Shown here: positions 54,106-64,000 of the stretch, piece by piece
How positions within the stretch are numbered: position 1 is the first letter of the stretch
Layout: each line of letters opens with the position of its first letter
From: Octopus vulgaris
Lineage: Eukaryota
Reading direction: 5' to 3'
NCBI GenBank assembly: GCA_951406725.2
Contig: OX597835.1
Location: forward strand, 29,698,001-29,762,000
DNA: 64,000 nucleotides
Notes under the pieces: generated by a model
What the model saw: the letters and a program-made list of their open reading frames with translations, nothing else
Database searches by the model: none
Told to the model about the DNA's origin: nothing
Made by a program: the position numbers and the translations under genes

Positions 54106-54421
54106 TATAATACAAATAAGAAAATGGAGAAGCAAATTTAGTTTGTTCATCAGCTTTCGGATATTAGAATGTTGGATTATTTATTCATTTAACAAAATGA
54201 GAACCTTAATAGCATACATCTATATCTTATAATTCAATACATATAAGATAAGAATACAAATTATTTATCTTATATGTATTGAATTATAAGATATAGTAAG
54301 TGGTATAGTAAATGCTATTAAAGTTCTTATTTTGTTAAATGAATAAATAATTCAACATTCTAATATCCGAAAGTTGATGAACAAACTAAATTTGTTTCTC
54401 CATTATCTTATTTGTATTATA
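54106..54421. repeat. Fold-back inverted repeat, about 145-bp arms, in a microsatellite-flanked insert (53936-54421)
   Basis: 54106-54251 versus the reverse complement of 54265-54421, with one internal indel. Confidence 0.93.
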
Positions 54422-55308
54422 TACAAATATATATATATTTACTTGCGTGTGTATACATATATGCGTGTATGTATGTATGTAATATGTATGTATGTATGTA
54501 TGTATGTATGCACGTATGTATGTATGTATGTATGTATGTATGTATGTATGTATGTATGTATGTATGTGTGTATGCATGTATGTATGTATGTATGTATGTA
54601 TGTATGTATGTGTGTATGCATGTATGTATGTATGTATGTGTGTATGCATGTATGTATGTATACGCGGTCGGGTTGTTGGCGTCCAGCTAGGCCACTGCAG
54701 AGGGTGATTGTACACTGCAGGACGAAAAACAAAACCTGTCGAAGGACGGGTGAAATCATTAAAGTTGACGGTCATCCAGTATTGTGTCCACAAGTTTTGG
54801 GTCTTACTATTTCTGATGGGCGGCGATAGTCCTTGCAGTGGTCATCGGCAAACCGGTGACCTCGGTGCAGGAAACACAGTGGCTGTGCAGAGGATTGACG
54901 CATTTCCAACAACGGACAGGCACAACGGGTTCAGTGTGCGGAGATGCATGAGAATGAGGATGTTGGCATGGTGTACTGCATTACTGGGTGCGAGAGACCC
55001 CTAAGTCCTTGTCAAGACATCGCTGCTCTAGGAGAAGGAAAACTCTGATATTGAACCTGCGACTCGGTGGCAGCAAATGATGTTGACGAGCTCTGTTGCT
55101 CGAAGTATCTGCCATCATTGTCCAGAGAGTGGCGTTGGTTGTTTGCAAGGCCTCTCCTCACTTCGAAAAGCATCATTCACAGGAATCGCTCGACGTACCG
55201 GCATCTTCATTTTATACTCGCGAACGAGGAAATGGTTATCATGGATGTATCTATATTGAAACTAAGTCTGCATTGAGCTGCTACTCGGAGTTCTGCGCTC
55301 TCTGTATA

Positions 55309-55470
55309 CGAGGGGGTAACCAAAAGCTACCGTAATTTTGCAATGTCGTTTTATTCACTTAGCTTTACATGTTTATACTTTTATCGCCTTCAAAGTATTC
55401 CCCAATTGAAGCAACGCATCGGTCCAGACGCGTTTTCCACTGTTCGAAGCAGCCATAGAACTATTCCTTT
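55309..55470 (-). mobile_element. Mariner 3'-end fragment
   Basis: TA|CGAGGGGG terminus; minus frame FYGCFEQWKTRLDRCVASIGEYFEGDK. Confidence 0.75.
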
Positions 55471-55611
55471 CTCTCTTTAATATTATACATAAAAGAACTT
55501 TCACAGAGATTCTATTTAAATTTCTTATTCTTAGTGTAAACAGCTGTACCGTCATTGCTTTAATACAAAATATTTGTCAAATAATAATAATAATAATAAT
55601 AATAATACCAT

Positions 55612-56020
55612 CACCGAGCGTACGTGTAATTGTATGAAGTCTCTTACATGTCCACTTAATGGAACTTACTTTACCAGTTTTATAGTCTTCTGTGCCAAGG
55701 GAAAACTAGATAATGACTCTCAACCAAAATTTTACATCGGAGTGCCAATAAATGAATCTTAAACACACGGATATTCGTTGTTCAAACTAATCTGGAGATT
55801 TGTAACATGGCTTTCTAAATATATCTGGAAATTAAGAGAAAATAGCAATAGAATTTCAGTGTAACTTGGTCTTTCGAGGCTTCTTACAAGCGTTCTAACG
55901 CTAGAAACCAGCGGAATGGTCATCTGCTTAAGCGAAAGATGTTAATAGTTTGGCACAAGAAGAACAGCTTGAATTCAAGAAATGACAGTCGCAGTAACAG
56001 TTCGCATGGAATGAAACGTT
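55612..56020 (+). pseudogene. Degenerate GIY-YIG endonuclease of a second PLE type (Naiad-like)
   Basis: CNCMKSLTCPLNG..IVFCA..KFYIG, then LSKYIWKLREN..VTWS..LNSRN....SH, matching the CNC..CPL.G / LSKYIW.LK pattern. Confidence 0.65.
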
Positions 56021-56396
56021 TGCTATGTAATTTTCAAAAGTCAGACCCGTCACCACCGAAAAATACTCAAAGACAAGTTTCTGATATTTTTGCTTTCATT
56101 TCCCATGTTTCCCTTTGTTTTCCATTTATCAATTTCTTTTCTGTGCCACGTTATATTCTGTCCAATATTTTGTATTTTTTTTTATCATATTTTCCTTTCT
56201 GTCTGAAAAATCAATTTAAAATGCGTTTTCAAAGTTTATAATATTTATTCTCATCTGCGTTCAATTAACTCATTTTCTTAATTATATTCATATTTACTTC
56301 TATGCTTTCTTTAATATTCTAATATCTGAGCGTAAAGGATATTTTGTGAGTGGCCTAACATACCACTAATTAATGTTTTTCTTCTTCTTGTATTGC

Positions 56397-57232
<836 letters not shown>

Positions 57233-57331
57233 TTAGTTTGCTCTTTTGATCGATTTATTTCGTCTTATTTTTATGGATTTTCCTTTGCACTTACACCACA
57301 AAACAGTGATGTCATTCCATTGTTACACACG

Positions 57332-57720
57332 CAGGCGCAGGAGTGGCTGTGGGGTAAGTAGATTGCTTGCCCAGCACATGGTTCCTGGTTCAGTCCCACT
57401 GAGTGGCACCTTGGGCAAGTGTCTTCTACTATAGCCTCGGACCGACCAAAGCCTTGTGAGTGGATTTGGTAGAAGGAAACTGAAAGAAACCCGTCCTATA
57501 TATGAATATATGTGTGTGTTTGTCCCCCCTCCAACATTGCTTGGCAATCGATGCTAGTGTGTTTAGGTTCCTGTAACTTGGCGGTTCGGCAAAAGCGACC
57601 GATAGAATAAGTACTAGGCTTACAAAGAATAAGTCCTGGGGTCGATTTGCTCGACTAAAGGCGTTGCTCCAGCATGGCCGCAGTCAAATGACTGAAACAA
57701 GTAAAAGAATAAAAGAAAGA
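57332..57720 (+). mobile_element. SINE family B, full length
   Basis: Matches family B. Confidence 0.9.
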
Positions 57721-57861
57721 AAAAAATGCTTCCAACCAAATGCTTCATTTCTTTTCTTTTCATCTTCTGAATATTCTTATTAACGATTTTCTTGTTTCAT
57801 TCCTCAGATTTCGTTGAAAGATCGGAAACGTGAGGCCGAATCTGTCTATTTACCTACCTCT

Positions 57862-58081
<220 letters not shown>

Positions 58082-58279
58082 CGGACGTGCTGTCACTTCG
58101 GCTCCGAAGGTAATCGTTTATTTTGACTATTTAGAGCCCATATTTTGTGTACATTTTTGTAAATAAGGTGTGTAAGGCACCCAACTTTCGTTTGAGTGCT
58201 TTTCCAAGGGAGGAATTCGCCCCTAGGGGCAGTTTCAACCCTATTTAATTTCTGTAATTTTCTTCTCGACATTTTGAAA

Positions 58280-60537
58280 ATGTCGAGAAATTGTATTGTA
58301 GAACACTGGTCGCGTTCCTTTATCGACCAACATTTTCCTAGTCTGAAAACGCTAGGAGAAGAAAAAAAGAACTCATGCACGCAAAGTGCAAACCTGAATG
58401 ACATGGCAGTGAACGCTGCAACCACTTGCGATAACAGCACTGTCACCACCACCACTAACAACAACAACAACGAGACTACTACTGCTACCACCACCGCCTC
58501 CACCATCACCACCACCACCACCGCCACCTCATCCACTACCTCAACTACCAACAACAACAACAATAACAATGACAACAAGAATAACAACAATTGCGCCACC
58601 ATTTCGACATCTGCTGCCACGGCTGTCTCTTCTGCCACGGCTGTCTCTTCTGCCACGGCTGTCTCTTCTGCCACTGACACCACCGCCAACACCAACAACA
58701 AAAACAACAATAACAACAACAACAATTCCGTTCAGACCTTGTTTCCTCCAACAACAAGAACTGAAGGGAATAAACAAAAGACTGTGACCACCAAACAAAT
58801 TGACAAAAGCTGCTTGAACACAGGAACACACTATGCAAGTAATTTTCCACCCCTTCCTACTTGCACAATCAAACCAAATACACCGATTTTACCAACTGCA
58901 GCCAACAACAACATCACCACCAGCAACAACAATAACAAAACAACAACAAATTTCGTCGAGGCGATAAAAGAAAAAAAGACAACAGTATATTTTACTGCAC
59001 AGCAGATAAAAGATACGAATATTTTAATAACGGAAGTAGATGGTATAGTAAAAATAAACATACCACAAGAAATATTAGAAAATGAAAAAAAAGAACTATT
59101 ATATATAAAATAATTAATAAGAAAACAAAAAGTCCAGAGAAGGCTAACACAAGCAAAATCGAAAAATGCTTGAAACCCATCTGGAACTACAAAGAGTATG
59201 TGACCTGGTGGAACAAGTTCGCACACATACAAGTGGTCTTCCACACTGAAGAGTTAGCAAGACGTTTCTCAACGCTAACTCTTCATTCAGATGAACTGCA
59301 ACTAACACCAAGCTATCGTGGACAGAAAGTGACTAAGATCACTTTAAACAATGTCCCAAAAATAGCAAACAATCTATGGCTAGTAAAGGCCTTATGTGTG
59401 AAAATGGAAGATTTCACAATTTTAGAAACTACGGTCACGGAACACAAAAACTGGGTGGGAAAAAAAGTAGAATTTCTACTACATATAAACCAAGAGGACA
59501 TAAAGAAAATACCCACCCAGATATGTGTATCAGAAGACCACAATTTGTATGTGGTCGTCGATGGCAGAAGACCACGTTGCTACACATGCGGCAGTGAGCA
59601 ACACCTAAAAAAAAGATTGCAAATATGCCGCAAGAAAACAACAGCAACAACAACAACAGCCGGAAAAAACAAAAAAGCCAGCTTTACTACCCACACCACA
59701 AATTGTACAAACAGGACTAAGCACAGAAAAAAAAAAAAAAGCAAACCTCACCAACCAAACAACCACACCAACTGCACCAAGAACAGAAGCAACACCAGCA
59801 ACAACAACAACCAAGAATAAACCAACTCCCAAACCAAGGACATCTGCCAAAAAGACACTCATCGAAAATGAAGAAACAATTACTACTCCAAATCCCCACA
59901 AAATTGACACCCCAAACAACACAACAATACCTACAATCACTCAAACACAAAATACCCACACCCCACTTCCAAAACCGCATACACCACAACCTAACGCTCA
60001 CCAACCAACACCAACAACAAAATCAACACAATATACAATAGACCCCAATATTTTCCCTCTCCCAAGCTCTGATTCCTCTGATTTGTCATTAGACGAAGAA
60101 GATTGGCAAATAGCCACAGGGGGGAGAAGAAAAAGGGGAAAAAAAGAAAAGAAAATATAACAAACAAAGCAGGAAGATTCACCACTCCCGAAACATAAAC
60201 ATCCACAGAAAACAAACACATCAACACAAACACACCATCATCAAACCCCCCAACAATGTTGACAGCCATAAACACAAACAACCACGACCTAATGGAACAC
60301 ATTAGGTCAAACACCAACATAACTGAAAACGACATAAAAACAAATAACCACCCACGCACAACACCACCACAACACATTAAAATAATACACGTAACACAGA
60401 ACACATACAGCACCCTGAAATCTCTTTACCCTGATGCAGTAGGGAGATTTCAAAAATATTCATCAAAGAAACAATACAAAAACCTCATAGAAGAAGACTG
60501 TGAGGTGAAAAACAAAGGACTTTCGAACAACAAGTAA
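58280..60537 (+). pseudogene. LINE ORF1 (gag-like), frameshifted
   Basis: ATG at 58280; Thr/Asn low-complexity region with 3x SATAVS; VVVDGRRPRCYTCGSEQHLKK knuckle; frame breaks at A-runs. Confidence 0.75.
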
Positions 60538-60603
60538 CCTTTTCTCTCTCTCTTTCCTTTTTTGCACTTTCTTTTCGTGTGTAAAACACAATTTTATCGG
60601 AAC

Positions 60604-63600
60604 ATGCTCAGAATAGGCAGTATAAATGTATGTGGCTTGGGGTCGCCTTGGAAACAAGGCTACCTGTTAAATGACATCAAGTCACTAAATCTGAATATCA
60701 TAGCCATCAGTGAGACCAGACTCCACAGCTCGTGGGCACTCCAGCACAGTTTCGGTACACATTTCAACATTTATTTTTCTCCGTGTCTACCGAGAATGGG
60801 CGGAGGTGGCACCGCGGTGCTTCTCCGGAAGAGTCTGGATCTCAAAGTAAGAGCAATTTCCCTAGACCCGGAGGGTAGGCTGGTCGTTTTGGATGTCGAT
60901 GGCAGCAATGAGTGTGCTTTTCGACTGATAGCAGTTTATGCTCCGTCCTTAACAGGCCGACCAGATTTCTTTCGACGTCTAGAGTCTTTCATGGGAACGT
61001 CTCGTCCTTTACTTTTAGTGGGGGATTGGAATGCCACCCTGGACACGCATCTAGACTACGTGAGCAGAGATAGCAATAGAAGGGGATACAAATGCCTTAA
61101 AGACCTGCTCAGACGTTTCCAACTGTCTGACAGGTACCGACTGGACCACCCGAATGTGCCAATGTGGACATGGAGTAACCGCATCGGGTCGTCCAGATCA
61201 TACTTAGATAGAGTATTCTGTAGGACAATTGATAAAAATAGTGTAGGTTGTACACAATTTCATATAGTCAGTTACACAGATCACAAGTTTGTGACTTGTA
61301 CACTTGACTTAGATAAGACACATAGGCAGGGTCCTGGTTACTGGAAACTGAACGCGTCTTTTACAGGTTTACAGGGACAGGATCAGCACATTAGTTAAGA
61401 GAGCTTTGACGGGTACCATCATCAACAACAGATGGTGGTATGCCCTAAAAAAAGCAATTAAAGCAGAATCAGTCAGATACAGTAAAGCCCTAGCATTAGA
61501 CCGAAATAGAATAGAGGGAGAATTAGTTAAGGTTTTAGAAGAGGCACTGGCATCGCGTCCAACGTGCTGGCGGCGAGATTGGCCCTCGACTAACACCTCA
61601 ACGCCAAACACGAGGGATGCGTTATCAGAGCTAGGATGCGTGCTCTGAGGAACGAAGGAGTTGGAGCCGCCCAAGAGGCCCGAGTGGTGGAGACGCAACG
61701 AGGCAACAGAGCCACCATCAAGTCTCTTATAGATGAACAGGGGCGCGAATTGCTCGAGCCTAAAAGGATGTGTGGGGCTTTTCAACAACACTTCACCCAA
61801 CTGTTTGGGACAAGTGGTGGGTCAGAACGCAGAGTGGACTTTAGTGCCTACCTGCATGCCTTGCCACGACTCTCAGCAAGAGAGGTGGAGTCTTGTGAAA
61901 GGCCTATCACAGCTGCGGACGTACAGGATGCGATGGGGGGGGGCGCGAGAGACAAGTCACCAGGCTTGGATGGTCTGCCCTACGAACTTTATTATCATAT
62001 ACCAGACTTGTTTGGAGGCGTTTTGGCAGCTGTCTACTGCAACTGGCAGCAAAACGGGAGTATTCCTGCTTTTGTAAAGCGAGGAGCAGTGGCACTGATT
62101 AAGAAAGACCCAAACAAGGGGGACGTCATAGATAATTTCAGGCCCATCACTCTGCTCAACGCAGATTTGAAAATTTTGGCCAAGGTGTTAGCCGAGAGGT
62201 TGGCGCTTGTCATCAAGAAACTAATCGACAAGGCGCAAACATGCGCCGTGCCGGGTAGAAGTATTCATGACAACCTCCATCTGATGCGCTACATCATAGA
62301 CAGGGTAGTTAAGAATCCTGGCATGGGTGGGGCGCTGATCAATTTGGATCAATCAAAAGCTTTCGATAGGGTAGACCAACACTACTTGGAGGCTGTCCTT
62401 AAAGCGGCTGGTTTCGGTCCAGTTTTCCGCGGTTGGATCGCTGCCTTATACAGCGGCATCCGCTCAGTAGTTCGCGTAAATGGTCATCTATCCAGACCTT
62501 TTAACATCATGCATTCGGTTCGTCAGGGATGCCCTCTCTCATCGCTGCTGTATGTATTGACTCTTGAGCCACTACTGCGGAAACTGGCGACGCTGAGGGG
62601 CATCCCACGAGAGCTGGGATGCGGGAGGAGCGTGTCTGCATACGCGGATGACGTCACCGTCATAGTGTCGAGCTACCAGCACATCGAGCTGGTCGGCGAG
62701 ACACTAAAAGAATACGAAGCGGTAACGGGAGCAAAAATTAACCGGGAAAAGTCAGTGGGCTTGCGGCTCGGCACCTGGATAAGCAGGCCCATGCCGTCCA
62801 ACAGCGTCTCCATCGTGGGACGCTGGACGGACGGACCGGTTAAATTGCTCGGGGTCTGGTTCGGTCCGGACCTCCAAATGGAGAAGAACTGGGGCGAGAT
62901 AACAACTAGGGTGGCTACTCTCACCCAGAAATGGGCTGAGAGAAAGCTATCCCTAAAAGGTCGAGCGGAGGTGGCGAACGCGTACATCGCATCCGTCATC
63001 GAGTATCGTCTGACCGTCGTGCCTTGTCCCGAGCCTACCATCACCAAACTGGAACGTATACTCTTTCGCTTCTTGTGGGAGGGAAACGTTCCGATGGTTA
63101 GGCGATCCATTTGCTGTCAACACCCGCTAAATGGAGGGCTGGGCATGCCGTGGTTGATGATGCGCAGACATGCGCTGAGACTGCGACATCTCCGGCGCTT
63201 CATAGACAACGGTGAACAGGTGTGGTCGCCTTTTGTGCGGCGCGCTTTCCCGCAGCTCGTCTCCTTGGACGAACTACAGTCATGGATCAAGCAGAGACCG
63301 AGGCTAGGCGAATGGCACCGCGAGTGTCGCGTTGCTCTCAAGCAACTCTGCCGTCCGGGATCGAACTTGTGCGACTCCATCTCAACAAAGGCATTCTATA
63401 GAGGATTAGTGAAGGGGAGGTGCGACGACGAACTCGGGCAGAGTCTGGGCGTCGATGAGGAACACCTGACCCGCCTGTTCAGGACAACTTTCGAGCCGGG
63501 ACCTATGAACAATCACCAAAGATCCCTGGCCTGGCAGTGCTATCGAGAAGCATTACCTGTTCGGGATAAGCTCTACAGACACGGTCCCAGACACACTGGA

Positions 63601-63960
63601 CCGACTTGCCCGAGATGCGGTCAGAGCGACGAAACCGTTCTGCACGCACTCGTGCAATGTCCAACCATTTCAGACCTGTGGGCTTATGCCGAACGGCTGC
63701 TGTCACGTGTGGGACGAATCCGCCTATCGGCCGAGTCTATCGTGAGAATTGCTCCGCCCCCTTCCCTCAACCGGGAAGGCAAGGCAGTTTTCATCGTACT
63801 GGTGGCCATGGTGAAAGAATGTGTGTAGTGGACCCGAGCGAAAGGATTAGAGACAAACACTTACCTCTCTGGCCAATCGCTCATCAACTTTTTCAAGTAC
63901 CACTTGAAAAGGAAGGTGAGAATGGAGAGGGAAGTTTTGTCTCGCGAAAGATTCAAAAAA
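60604..63960 (+). pseudogene. LINE ORF2 (APE endonuclease + reverse transcriptase), disrupted
   Basis: SINVCGL, ISETR, VYAP, GDWNA, YLDRV, TDH, WKLN; KSPGLDG, FRPITLLNADLKILAK, DQSKAFDRV, VRQGCPLS, YADDV, CPRC..ETVLHALVQC. Frameshifts at about 61360 and 61555; in-frame TAG at 63826-63828. Confidence 0.92.
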
Positions 63961-64000
63961 GATGGGTGAATGTTGCAAAGATGGTGCGTGCGAGTGACGA

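Larger units (their letters stand above)
58082..64000 (+). mobile_element. Apparently 5'-complete Tx1/L1-group LINE (runs off the window end)
   Basis: 5'UTR, ORF1 with zinc knuckle, ORF2 with APE + RT + CCHC. Confidence 0.92.

Noticed and set aside
54140-54165. GAAAGCTGATGA within the fold-back arm as a ribozyme core
   Set aside because: The motifs overlap in the wrong arrangement, so this is probably chance.
54660-55100. Possible RTE 5'UTR-derived repeat (GGAGAAGGAAAACTCTGA)
   Set aside because: Only a short remembered motif supports it, and boundaries could not be defined.

Overview
This is eukaryotic, AT-rich, repeat-saturated DNA with no recognisable host gene exon. The SINE families and microsatellite load look like an octopod cephalopod genome (inference). 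Nearly all ORF-track entries are translated microsatellites. The real content is: (1) many copies of at least five SINE/short-repeat families; (2) LINE relics: CR1-like, RTE, an R4/Dong-like fragment, and a 5'-complete Tx1/L1-group element running off the window end; (3) two different Penelope-like elements (PLEs); (4) a mariner nested in a Tc1 element, plus several MITEs. The most interesting signal is a set of short inserts sitting inside (TA)n/(TATG)n microsatellites. Several carry minimal type-I hammerhead-ribozyme motifs, in at least four unrelated sequence contexts, one showing base-pair covariation among copies. Several others are long fold-back inverted repeats. Together they suggest a microsatellite-associated PLE/retrozyme-like system. 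All coordinates were read by eye and may be off by a few bases.
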